DNA from: an uncultured Gemmatimonadaceae bacterium
Lineage (GTDB): Bacteria > Gemmatimonadota > Gemmatimonadetes > Gemmatimonadales > Gemmatimonadaceae
Direction: 5' to 3'
NCBI GenBank assembly: GCA_963751275.1
Contig: CAVVTZ010000007.1
Coordinates: 256,001-320,000, forward strand
DNA: 64,000 bases
Shown here: positions 1-9,524 of the stretch, in pieces
Layout: every line of letters begins with the position of its first letter
How positions within the stretch are numbered: the stretch's first letter is position 1
Notes under the pieces: generated by a model
Seen by the model: the letters and a program-made list of their open reading frames with translations, nothing else
Database searches by the model: none
What the model was told of the DNA's origin: nothing
Translations under genes and position numbers: made by a program

Positions 1-178
1 CGATGTGCACCGTGCAGGCGCCGCACTCGCCGCGGCCGCACACGTATTTCGTGCCGGTGAGGTCCAGGCGGCCGCGCAGAACGGCGAGCAACGTGTCGCC
101 CGGCGCCGCGGCCACCTCGTGCGGCTGTCCGTTGATCGTGAGGCGCAGCGTGCCGGCCGCTGACTTCATCCGCGTCAT
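1..178 (-). CDS. (2Fe-2S)-binding small subunit of a xanthine/CO/aldehyde dehydrogenase family enzyme (5' part only, runs off window)
   Basis: Own translation of the minus strand: [45 protein letters not shown] (CoxS/XdhA-type CxxGxCGAC motif). Start at 178 or 169. Confidence 0.85.
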   Translation of the reverse strand, partial: MTRMKSAAGTLRLTINGQPHEVAAAPGDTLLAVLRGRLDLTGTKYVCGRGECGACTVHI

Positions 179-253
179 CCCCTGTCCCCGGGCGGGAAAT
201 TCAATATTATTCTGCGTGGTCTAGCGAGCGGGTCGAGCAACTTCGAGGGAGAA

Positions 254-517
<264 letters not shown>

Positions 518-522
518 ACGGC

Positions 523-598
523 AGACTTGGACTTTAGACTTGGACTTTAGAAGGCGAACAGACGGCGGAAGGGCGAGAGCTCTCCGCCGTTTCTATTT
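523..598. terminator. 13-bp tandem duplication (AGACTTGGACTTT x2) followed by a GC hairpin between convergent genes
   Basis: Stem ACGGCGGA(562-569)/TCCGCCGT(583-590), then TTCTATTT. Confidence 0.55.
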
Positions 599-1549
599 GC
601 GCTTCAGGACCTTGTCGGCGGCGGTGACGATGTTCGCGGCGAGCATGCCGTACTTCTTCATCAGGTCATCCGGCTTGCCGCTCTCGGCGTAGCGGTCGCC
701 GAGGTCCACGAATTCCACGGGGCAGGGCGTGGTGGCGGCGAGGGACTGGCTGGCGGCGGAGCCGAGGCCGCCTGAGTGCATGTGCTCCTCGGCGACCACG
801 ATGGCGCCGGTCTCCTTCGCGGCCCGCGAGAGCGCGTCGGCGTCGATCGGCTTGATCGTGTGCATGTCCAGCACGCGTGCTTCGATGCCGCGCGCGGACA
901 GCTCGGCGGCGGCGAGCAGCGCCTGCGCCACGAGCAGGCCGTTGGCGACGATCGTGAGTGACTTGCCATCGCGAACCTGCAGCGCCTTGCCGAACGCGAA
1001 CTTCACTTCGGCGGAGTGGACGATGGGCGCCTTGGGACGGCCGAGGCGGAGATAGACCGGGCCTTTGTGCGCGGCGGCCGCGTGCACGGCGGCGCGCATG
1101 GTGTGCTCATCGCACGGGATGCAGACGATGAAGCCGGGAAGCGCGCAGGCGAGCGCGACGTCCTCCACCGATTGCTGCGACACGCCGTCCTCGCCGATCG
1201 AGATGCCGCCGTGCGAGCCCGCGACCTTCATGTTGATGTGCGGGTACGCCGCGCCCATGCGCAGCTGGTCGAATCCCTTGCAGAGCACGAACGCCGCGAA
1301 GCTGCTCACGAACGGGATCTTGCCGCACGACGCGAGGCCGCTCGCGACGCCGATCATGTTCGCTTCCTGGATGCCGATGTTGAAGAAGCGCTCCGGGTAG
1401 ACCTTGCCGAAGGTCCACGAGAAGGTGGACTTCGCGAGGTCGGCATCGATCGCGACGATGTCCTTGTTGACCTTCCCGAGTTCGAGCAGCGCGTCGCCGT
1501 AGGCTTCGCGGGTCGCCTTGCCGGTGGGCAGGTTCACGGGGGCGGTCAT
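593..1549 (-). CDS. Transketolase, C-terminal subunit
   Basis: ATREAYG..ADLAKST..FFNIGIQEANM..GEDGVSQQ..TIKPID; ATG overlaps the upstream stop (ATGA). Confidence 0.92.
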   Translation of the reverse strand: MTAPVNLPTGKATREAYGDALLELGKVNKDIVAIDADLAKSTFSWTFGKVYPERFFNIGIQEANMIGVASGLASCGKIPFVSSFAAFVLCKGFDQLRMGAAYPHINMKVAGSHGGISIGEDGVSQQSVEDVALACALPGFIVCIPCDEHTMRAAVHAAAAHKGPVYLRLGRPKAPIVHSAEVKFAFGKALQVRDGKSLTIVANGLLVAQALLAAAELSARGIEARVLDMHTIKPIDADALSRAAKETGAIVVAEEHMHSGGLGSAASQSLAATTPCPVEFVDLGDRYAESGKPDDLMKKYGMLAANIVTAADKVLKRK

Positions 1550-2382
1550 TCTCCGAGCTCCGCGAGGGCGATCTTCAACTGGTCCGGCGTGGGCGCCTTT
1601 CCATGGAATTCGTTGTTGTTCTCCATGAAGCTCACGCCTTTCCCCTTCACGGTGTGCGCGACGATGCAGCTGGGGCCGTCGCGGTGCGCCTTGGCGGTGG
1701 TGAGCGCGGCGATCACCGCCGCCAGATCGTGTCCGTCCACTTCCTGCGTGTGCCAGCCAAAATCCTTGAATTTGGCCGGCAGCGGCGCGAGGGAGTTGAT
1801 GTCCCGCACCTCGCCATCCAGCTGGTAGCGGTTCGAGTCGACGATCGCGGTGAGTGAACCGAGCTTGTAGTTGCCGGCGGTCATCGTCGCTTCCCACACC
1901 TGACCCTCCTGGCACTCGCCATCGCCCATCAGGACGTACGTGTGGTAGTCCTTGCCATCGAGGCGCGCGGCGATCGCGTGGCCGATGCCGATCGACAAAC
2001 CTTGTCCGAGCGACCCGGTGCTCGCTTCGATGCCCGGGGTCAGCCCCTGCACGGGGTGGCCCTGCATGCGGGAGTTCACCTGCCGCAGCGTCATGAGTTC
2101 GCTCACCGGGAAGTAGCCGCATTCGGCGAGCGCGGCATAGAGCGCCGGCACGCCGTGTCCCTTGCTCAGGATGAAACGGTCGCGGTCTGGCCACTCGGGG
2201 CGCTTCGCGTCGTGGCGCAGCAGGCCGCCGAAATAGAGCGCCGTGATGATCTCGACTTCGGAGAGCGAGCCGCCCGGATGACCGCTGTTCGCGGCCGCGA
2301 TCATCTTGAGGATATGGCGCCGCAGCGTACGCGCGGTGGTCTCGAGCTGCTGGATCGATGGCTGCTGGGCGACGGCGGACAT
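1546..2382 (-). CDS. Transketolase, N-terminal (TPP-binding) subunit
   Basis: SGHPGGSLS, DRFILSKGH, STGSLGQG, GDGECQEG. Confidence 0.95.
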   Translation of the reverse strand: MSAVAQQPSIQQLETTARTLRRHILKMIAAANSGHPGGSLSEVEIITALYFGGLLRHDAKRPEWPDRDRFILSKGHGVPALYAALAECGYFPVSELMTLRQVNSRMQGHPVQGLTPGIEASTGSLGQGLSIGIGHAIAARLDGKDYHTYVLMGDGECQEGQVWEATMTAGNYKLGSLTAIVDSNRYQLDGEVRDINSLAPLPAKFKDFGWHTQEVDGHDLAAVIAALTTAKAHRDGPSCIVAHTVKGKGVSFMENNNEFHGKAPTPDQLKIALAELGE

Positions 2383-2456
2383 TCGTGCGGGCGACGGGTG
2401 GGAGGGGAAGAAAGTGAATATATCCGCGGCGCACCGCGCGCGTCAGCGCCGGCGCG

Positions 2457-3623
2457 CTATCCGGAACCCGCCGTGGGACCGTCGATCTCGAAGCCGCCGC
2501 CGAGAGTGTCCTGCACGTACAGCATGCGCACCGGCACGATGATCGCGGCGAGCAATGGCACCGCCACGAGCATCCCCGAGAAGCCGAAGAGGATCGCCAT
2601 CAAGCCTTGCACCACGAGCGTCAGCGCCGGCGGGAGGTCCATGCCGCCCTGCATCAGCTTCGGGATGAGGACGTTGTTCTCCAGCTGCTGGATGATGATC
2701 GCCGCGAGGAGCACCCAGAGCGCCTTGCTGGGCGAATCGAGGAAGGCCATCGACACGGCGATCGCGCCGCTGAGGATCGGGCCGAGCGTGGGGATGAACT
2801 CGAGGAGTCCCGCGATGAGCGCCAGCGCGAAGGCCGCGTGTACGCCGATGATCCAGAAGGCGATGAAGCTCGTGACGCCGATCACGACCATCGCGATGAA
2901 CTGCGTCACGAGCCACTTGCGCAGCGTGCGCGCGGTGGCGGCCATCACCTCGTTCGCGCGAGGGCGCATCGCCGGCGGGAAGAGCGAGAGGAGGCCGCGG
3001 CGATACAGGTCCGCCTCTCCGCCCACATAGATGGCGAGCACGACCATCAGGCCGATGCTCGCGAGCACGGTCAAGGAGGCGCCGAGGATGTCGAAGAAGT
3101 ACTTGGTGGCGATGTTGAGGCCGTCGCTGATCTGCTGCGCGATGTCGACGCGCTTCCGGCGGCTCGCGCTGGCCGTCGTGGCGGTGTCCCCCGACACGGC
3201 CGCGGTCTGGTCGGCGATCAAAGTGCTCGCCACGCCGTTCGTGCGCTCGTTGAGCCACGCCTCCAGCCGGGAGAGCGATGCCGGCAGGTTGGCGCGGATC
3301 TCGGTGCTCTGCCGGATGAGCGTCGGTCCGACGTACGACGCGATCCCCGTCAGCACCCCGATGAACGTGAAGACAATGAGCGCGGCGGCGGCCATCCGCG
3401 GGATCCGGAAGCGGGCCTTCAGGGTCGTCGCGCCCGCCGAGACCGCGACGCCGAACAGCACCCCGAGGAAGACGAGCAGGATCACGTCGCTCGCGCGCCA
3501 GATCACCGCGAGCGCCGTCCCGAAGAGCGTGATCAAGCCGCAGGTGCGCAGGATGGCCGCGTTCGTCCAGCCGTCCGAACGCGGATGGATCGGCTGCGAA
3601 GAGCGATGGACGGGAGAGGACAT
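2457..3623 (-). CDS. AI-2E (PerM) family transporter
   Basis: Multi-TM protein; EFIPTLGP, QQLENNVLIPKLM, LVAVPL. Start approximate. Confidence 0.88.
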   Translation of the reverse strand: MSSPVHRSSQPIHPRSDGWTNAAILRTCGLITLFGTALAVIWRASDVILLVFLGVLFGVAVSAGATTLKARFRIPRMAAAALIVFTFIGVLTGIASYVGPTLIRQSTEIRANLPASLSRLEAWLNERTNGVASTLIADQTAAVSGDTATTASASRRKRVDIAQQISDGLNIATKYFFDILGASLTVLASIGLMVVLAIYVGGEADLYRRGLLSLFPPAMRPRANEVMAATARTLRKWLVTQFIAMVVIGVTSFIAFWIIGVHAAFALALIAGLLEFIPTLGPILSGAIAVSMAFLDSPSKALWVLLAAIIIQQLENNVLIPKLMQGGMDLPPALTLVVQGLMAILFGFSGMLVAVPLLAAIIVPVRMLYVQDTLGGGFEIDGPTAGSG

Positions 3624-3750
3624 GGACCGCCGTGGAGAGGTACGAGGAAGAACGCCGGACAGATGATGCACCCCGGCGCCGCGCTGCGGAAGCTTCCGCC
3701 GCGGCGGTCCTGGTGAGAGATTCGTCTTGAACGGCCATCCGAGGATCGCA

Positions 3751-4894
3751 TTGCCGCAGCGCATCAGCACGCTGGCGCCACTCTACATCGACACGCCCGA
3801 CGCCGCGGCGAAGTTCTTCGCGTCGCTCCCCGCGTCGGGCGCGATCGCGCTCGACACCGAGGGCGCGAGCTTCCACCGCTTCGTCGACCGCATCTACCTG
3901 CTCCAGGTGAGCGCGCCGGGCGTGACCGCCGTGCTCGATCCGCTCACGATCGGCGCGCCCACGCGCATGGGCGAACTGCTCCAGTCGCGCGCGGTGGAGG
4001 TGGTGCTGCACGACGCGGACTACGACCTCCGCCTGCTGCATCAGGACTACGGCTGGCACGCCAATCACATTCGACACGCGCGTCGCCGCGCAGCTGCTCG
4101 GCATCAAGGCCTTCGGGCTCGCCGCGCTGCTCGAGCGCTACTTCGGCGTCAAGCTCGACAAGAAGTTCCAGCGCGCCGACTGGTCGCTGCGCCCGCTCTC
4201 GAAAGGCATGCTCGAGTACGCCGCGCTCGACACCGCCTTCCTGCTGGACTTGAGCGACAAGATGCGTGCCGAGCTCGACCGCATGGGCCGCCTCTCGTGG
4301 GCCATGGAGGAGTTCGAGGGGCTCGAAGGCACGAAGTGGGAGCGCGAGGACCCGGCGCTCGCGTTCATGCGTATGAAGGGCGCGCGCGACCTGTCGCGCC
4401 GCGAGCTCGCGGTGTTCGGTGAAGTGGTCGCGTGGCGCAACACCGTGGCGAAAGAACTGGATCGCGCCACCTTCCGCGTGATGGGCAACGAAGTGCTGTT
4501 CGAACTGGCGAAACTGCAGCCGAAGTCGGCCGCGGAGCTGTCCGCGATCAAGGGGATGCCGCGCGGGATCGTCGAGCGGCGCGGGCGTGATCTGATCGAC
4601 GCCATCGCGCGGGGTATCGCGCTGCCCAAGGATGCGCTCCCGCGCTACCCGCGCCCGGCGCGCTGGGACAAGGACGCCGATTTCGACGAGCGCGTGAACC
4701 GGCTGCGCGGCGTGCGCGAGACCGCGGCCGCGAAACTCGATCTCGACCCGGGCGTGCTCGCATCGCGCGAACGCCTCGAGTCCATCGCGCGTGCGAAGCC
4801 GAAATCACTGGATGAACTGGCGGCGGTGCCCGGCATCAAGAAATGGCAAGCCGCCGTCCTCGGCGAGGCAGCGGTTCGCGCCGTGAAGAGCTAG
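3751..4894 (+). CDS. rnd: Ribonuclease D (DEDDy + HRDC), apparent frameshift at ~4070
   Basis: ALDTEGASFHRF, LHDADYDL. Restoring 2 nt at 4070 gives HIFDTRVAAQLLG..KKFQRADWSLRPL..YAALD. Start uncertain. Confidence 0.85.
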
Positions 4895-5117
4895 GCAACC
4901 ACAACTGCTTGCACGCGGATCGCGCGGAAGTACGCGGAGCACGCGGATCGCCCTGCGAGGCGTGATGGTCCCGCGCTCGAGTGTCAGGTCTGTCTTCTTG
5001 TTGTTAACAGACAAGAATGGGGTGCCGGTCGACGCCCGCGGAACCATTACGCTCCGCGGAGCGATCTGCGGAATCCGCGTATTTCCGCGCGATCCGCGTG
5101 CAAGCAGTTGCGGTGGC
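4895..5117. repeat. ~220-bp imperfect palindrome (family C, built on CGCGGA units) between convergent genes
   Basis: CAACTGCTTGCACGCGGATCGCGCGGAA ... TTCCGCGCGATCCGCGTGCAAGCAGTTG plus inner arms. Confidence 0.85.
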
Positions 5118-5126
5118 TCTGAAAAG

Positions 5127-5447
5127 CTAGAACCCGAGATACGTCCTGATCCTCGGCTCGATGCGTTCCGGCGTCCAGGGCGGATCCCAGATCAAGTTCA
5201 CCGCGACCCCGGTCACGCCCTCGACGCCCTTCGCGGCTTCCTCGGCGCCGGTCATGATCTCGGGGCCCGACGGACAGCCCGGCGACGTGAGCGACATGTC
5301 GATCACGACGTCGCCGCCCGTGACGGTGATGCCGTAGACCAATCCGATGTCGATGATGTTCAGATTCAGCTCGGGGTCCTTCACGCGGCGCAGCGCGAGC
5401 CGGATCTGGTCCTCCGTCACGCCGGCCGGCGACGCGGGCGCGGTCAC
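5127..5447 (-). CDS. Metal-sulfur cluster assembly factor (DUF59/SufT-like)
   Basis: VKDPELNLNIIDIGLVY..LTSPGCP..WDPPWTPE; GTG overlaps the upstream stop. Confidence 0.9.
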   Translation of the reverse strand: MTAPASPAGVTEDQIRLALRRVKDPELNLNIIDIGLVYGITVTGGDVVIDMSLTSPGCPSGPEIMTGAEEAAKGVEGVTGVAVNLIWDPPWTPERIEPRIRTYLGF

Positions 5448-6799
5448 TTCACCGCGGCCGCGACCGTCGTTGTGCTCTTGGTCGCGGACACGCTCTTGGC
5501 CGAGGTCTTCTTGCCCGAGCCCGACTTCCCCTTCGACGAAGCCGTGCGCGTGGCGTGGTGCGTGTGGTGCCGGCGCGGCGGGCGCGGATTCCAGCCGTGG
5601 CGCAGCTCGGAGCGATAGGAATCCGGCATCGCGAGGAGCTGATCGGGATCGTCGGTCACCGACACGGCGGCCGCGTCGGCGAGATCGGCGCGAATGTCGG
5701 CGATCGCCTTCGAACTCCCGCGCACTTTCGGTTTGTACACGCGGTTCGTGAGCAGGATGACGAACATCTCGCGTGTCGGGTCGATCCAGATCGACGTGCC
5801 GGTGAAGCCGACGTGGCCGAACGATCCGTCGCTGAGATAGCGACCCGATCCCCACTGGCCATCGGCCATCGCCCACCCGAGCGCGCGGCTGCCCGCGGCG
5901 CGCGTCGTGAACAGGCGCACCGCGGAATCACTCACGATGCGCACGCCGTCGTACACGCCGCCATTCAGCAGCATCTGCGAGAAGATGGCGAGATCGCTCG
6001 CGGTGCTGAACAGTCCCGCGTGCCCGGCGACCCCGCCGAGCGCCCACGCGTTCTCGTCGTGCACGACGCCGCGCACCATGTACCCGTCCTCGGGGTTGAG
6101 CGAGGTGGGCGCGATCTGCTTGCGCAGCGAATCCGCGGGACGGAAGAAGGTGTGCGTCATCCCGAGCGGCGCGAACACCCGCTCGTGCAGGTACACATCC
6201 AATCCCTGGCCGGTCACGCGCTCCACGACGAGGCCGAGCACGATCGCACCGAGATCGGAGTACACGTAGCAATCGCCCGGATGGCACACGAGCGGCACAT
6301 CCAGGACCACCGCGCGCGCCTCGATGGGATTGTGCGCCATCTTCCAGATGTCGCGATCAGCGGGCAGCCCCGAGCGATGCTCGAGCAACTCGCGGATGGT
6401 GACGCTGTCCTTGTCGCCGCCGGAGAACTCGGGGAGGTATTCACGCACCGGCTTGTCGAGCTCGATGCGGCCCTCGTCGTAGAGCAGCATGATGGCGGTG
6501 GTGGTGCCGACGACCTTCGTGAGCGACGCGAGATCGTAGATCGTCTCGGCCGGCTTCACCGGCGGGGATTTCGACCCCCACGAGATGCGGCCGAATCCCT
6601 TCTGCCAGACCATCGCGCCCTTGCGTCCCACGACGACGGCGGCGCCGGGATAGCCGCCGGCGTTGACGCCGCGCTTCACGATGCGGTCGATGGACTCCAG
6701 GCGCTTCGCGGACATGCCAACGCTCGCCGGACTCTTGACGGGGAGCCCGGGTGCAGGAAGTGCCGTGGTGCCGGCGATGAGCAGGGCGAGAAGGAACAC
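5444..6799 (-). CDS. Secreted serine hydrolase, beta-lactamase class C-like family
   Basis: Signal peptide, DLASLTK (SxxK), YSD, GHAGLFS, FGHVGFTG; basic C-terminal tail. Confidence 0.9.
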   Translation of the reverse strand: MFLLALLIAGTTALPAPGLPVKSPASVGMSAKRLESIDRIVKRGVNAGGYPGAAVVVGRKGAMVWQKGFGRISWGSKSPPVKPAETIYDLASLTKVVGTTTAIMLLYDEGRIELDKPVREYLPEFSGGDKDSVTIRELLEHRSGLPADRDIWKMAHNPIEARAVVLDVPLVCHPGDCYVYSDLGAIVLGLVVERVTGQGLDVYLHERVFAPLGMTHTFFRPADSLRKQIAPTSLNPEDGYMVRGVVHDENAWALGGVAGHAGLFSTASDLAIFSQMLLNGGVYDGVRIVSDSAVRLFTTRAAGSRALGWAMADGQWGSGRYLSDGSFGHVGFTGTSIWIDPTREMFVILLTNRVYKPKVRGSSKAIADIRADLADAAAVSVTDDPDQLLAMPDSYRSELRHGWNPRPPRRHHTHHATRTASSKGKSGSGKKTSAKSVSATKSTTTVAAAVK

Positions 6800-6979
6800 A
6801 GGACTCCGAACGTCGGAGATGAGCGGCGATCGTTAAGACTAATGGTACGCACACTCAAGACGCTACGGGACAAGGCGTTGTAACAGCGCCCGGCTCCTGC
6901 GGGACGACCGTGTGCCTGCATCGTCTGCAGTGTGAGGCGCTGCGCCAGCGGGTCTCTCCCCCACCACGTCCAAGCGTGC

Positions 6980-8149
6980 ATGAGTGCTTCGAGCCGCAAG
7001 AATCAGGAGATCGAGTGCCTCCGGGGGATCGCGATCCTCGCCGTCTGGCTATCGCACGTCACCAACCTGACACAGGGCGCGCGGTATCTCCCACCGTGGC
7101 TCGCCGCCGGAGGCGACGGCGGAGTTCGTTTGTTCTTCGTGATCTCGGGATACGTGGTCGGGCGATCGCTGCTCAAGGACATGCCATCACGGACCGGTGA
7201 TCCGATTCCTTCCGAGCCCACCGGGCCGATCCTGGCTTCCTTCTATACGCGCCGGTTCTTTCGCATCGTGCCGATGGCCGTGATCGGCATCGCCGCGGCG
7301 TTCGCCCTGATCGATGGCTTCCGGGCGATCGGCAGCGATCATGTCGAGTACCTGCTCGCGGACGCGGGACAGATCGCGACGCTCCGCTTGAACTATGCGC
7401 TGGTGGCCACCGTCAATCACCATCCGCTCTCGTACTACTGGAGCTTGATGGTCGAAGAGCACTTCTATCTCGTGCTGCCCGCGTTCCTGCTACTCGTTTC
7501 GCGCAAGAATCTCAGAGTGGCGCTCCTCTGGGCGATCATCATCGCAGCCTCTCTGGCGCGGCCGTTCCTCGCTGGCGAACAGGATGTGGGAGCGGCGATG
7601 CGCACGATCGCCTATACCAGCCATTTCGCCGTCGACTTCCTGGCGGCCGGTGTGTTGGTGGCGTTGTGGGCGATCCCGGATGGTGTGAAGCAGTTGGACC
7701 GGCATCGGGTCCCGATCAGGGTCCTGGGAGTGGGGCTGATGCTCGTGATCTTCGGCCTCGGCCGGGCGGGCGCGAACCTGTTCACCTATGCCATGCCCCT
7801 CCTGCTCGCGGTCGCCGCGCTGCTCGTGCTGCTGGCCGCGATCGACCGGCAGTTACTCTTCCCGGCCGGCACCGCCGCGACAGTGCTGGGCTACATTGGC
7901 AGCCGATCGTACGGGATCTATCTGCTGCACTACCCGGTGCTCCTGAGCTTTCGCACGGTGCCATTCTTCGCGCTGCTTGGCTTGCGCGGCCGATCGCTTA
8001 TAGCGGTGGAACTCTTGTTCGTCGCGCTGATCACGGTCGCGCTGGCCGAGGTCTGTTACCGCGTCATTGAGCGGCCGTGCATCGCGCGCGGCGCCGTGTT
8101 GGCCGCGTCCATGCGAAGCCGGCCGAGCCCGGCGCACGCCGGGCTGTAA
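6980..8149 (+). CDS. Acyltransferase family 3 (OafA-like) membrane protein
   Basis: LRGIA, FFVISGY, FYTRRFFRI, WSLMVEEHFY, SYGIYLLHYP, ERP. Confidence 0.9.
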   Translation: MSASSRKNQEIECLRGIAILAVWLSHVTNLTQGARYLPPWLAAGGDGGVRLFFVISGYVVGRSLLKDMPSRTGDPIPSEPTGPILASFYTRRFFRIVPMAVIGIAAAFALIDGFRAIGSDHVEYLLADAGQIATLRLNYALVATVNHHPLSYYWSLMVEEHFYLVLPAFLLLVSRKNLRVALLWAIIIAASLARPFLAGEQDVGAAMRTIAYTSHFAVDFLAAGVLVALWAIPDGVKQLDRHRVPIRVLGVGLMLVIFGLGRAGANLFTYAMPLLLAVAALLVLLAAIDRQLLFPAGTAATVLGYIGSRSYGIYLLHYPVLLSFRTVPFFALLGLRGRSLIAVELLFVALITVALAEVCYRVIERPCIARGAVLAASMRSRPSPAHAGL

Positions 8150-8236
8150 CGACGCGCGCCGCGTTCCGTAGGGAGGTCGCGGGATGCGGACTCAGGCAAC
8201 CCTGCGCCTTCCCACAGTGACCAACTGGACGAGCTC

Positions 8237-8812
8237 ATGGAACCGGACTCCATAACGATCCGCCGCGCCATCCACGGCGACGAGCGCGCCCTGCGCCAGC
8301 TCTGGACGCAGTATGCGCCGCACATCGATGCGGTGGTGCTCCGCTTCGCGGAGGACCGCGACCTGGCCGCGGACATCGCGCAGGACGTCTGGATCCAGAT
8401 CTTCCGCGCGCTGCCCACGTTCCGCGGCGATTCGCAGTTCAGCACGTGGGCGCACCGGATCGCGGTGAACCGCACGTTGAACGCGCTGCGCAAGGTGCGG
8501 CGGATGGGGAAGGTGGAAGTCGAGATCGAGGAGGACAGCGTGAGCGTGAGCGACGATCACGACCGCGGCTTCCTCGCGGAGTCGATCGAGCAGGCGGCGG
8601 CGCAATTGCCGCCGGGCGCGCGCACCGTCTGGACGCTGCACGACGTGGAAGGCTACACGCACGAAGACATTGCGACACAGCTGGGCATCACCGCAGGCGC
8701 ATCGAAATCACAACTGTTCAAGGCACGCGCGAAGCTTCGCCGGCTGCTCGCGCACCTGATGGATGACCCGATGCCGGCAGTGGGTTATGGACATGCCGCA
8801 CCTCAACGCTGA
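8237..8812 (+). CDS. ECF RNA polymerase sigma factor
   Basis: DIAQDVWI..FRGDSQFSTWAHRIAVN..LHDVEGYTHEDIA..SKSQLFKAR. Confidence 0.93.
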   Translation: MEPDSITIRRAIHGDERALRQLWTQYAPHIDAVVLRFAEDRDLAADIAQDVWIQIFRALPTFRGDSQFSTWAHRIAVNRTLNALRKVRRMGKVEVEIEEDSVSVSDDHDRGFLAESIEQAAAQLPPGARTVWTLHDVEGYTHEDIATQLGITAGASKSQLFKARAKLRRLLAHLMDDPMPAVGYGHAAPQR

Positions 8813-9518
8813 AGCGCTGGCCGCACTGGCCGACACCGAACCGACCGCGGCCGACGCGGAGCATCTCGCCGCGTGCGTCGCGTGCGCCCGCGAGGCCGCG
8901 GTGTACCGCGCCCTGCGCAACGCCGGCGCGCGCACCCGCGAAGCGGTGCTCGACGCGCCGCTCACATCGTGGGCGTCGCTCGCGCCCGCGCTCCGCGAAG
9001 CCGGCGTGATCCGCGACGGCGCCGCGCTCACGACGCGCCTCCGTCCGTGGATGCGCGCCGCCGCGATCGTCGTGATCGCCGCCGGCGCCATCGCGCTCGG
9101 CCGCTACACGGCGCCCGGCCAACGCCTCGATGTCGCGCAGATCTTCCCGTCATCGACGGGTTCGACCACGCCGGCGCAGCTCGCGTCGACGCGCGGCATC
9201 GTCGCGCTCGACGGCACGAAGATCGCGACGCTCACCGACGCGCTCACGGTGATGCAGCGCGCCGAACACGACTACCGCGTGGCGGCGGCGTTCATCGCGG
9301 CGCACGACAGTTCGTACGGCCGCGGCGACACCGATCGCTACCGCTCGCGGCTCGCCGCGCTCGACAAGGTGTCCGACGCCGCGTTGCAGGCGGTGAACGC
9401 ATCGCCCGATGATCCGATCCTCAACCAATACCTCCTCTCCGCGCGCAGCGCGCGGGAAGTGACGCTCCAGCAACTCGGCGGCACGCTTCCCGCGGGCGTC
9501 CGCCTCGCGAGCTACTAG
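8793..9518 (+). CDS. Putative membrane anti-sigma factor (HxxxCxxC)
   Basis: Overlaps the sigma stop; EHLAACVAC zinc motif; one TM segment. Confidence 0.75.
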   Translation: MPHLNAEALAALADTEPTAADAEHLAACVACAREAAVYRALRNAGARTREAVLDAPLTSWASLAPALREAGVIRDGAALTTRLRPWMRAAAIVVIAAGAIALGRYTAPGQRLDVAQIFPSSTGSTTPAQLASTRGIVALDGTKIATLTDALTVMQRAEHDYRVAAAFIAAHDSSYGRGDTDRYRSRLAALDKVSDAALQAVNASPDDPILNQYLLSARSAREVTLQQLGGTLPAGVRLASY

Positions 9519-9524
9519 GGATCC

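Noticed and set aside
593..2434. Single 613-aa transketolase ORF
   Set aside because: The N-terminal part is off-frame over the N-subunit gene; the split two-gene form with ATGA overlap is a common arrangement
4060..4080. Programmed ribosomal frameshift in rnd
   Set aside because: No slippery heptamer; the conserved IFDT motif needs two missing bases
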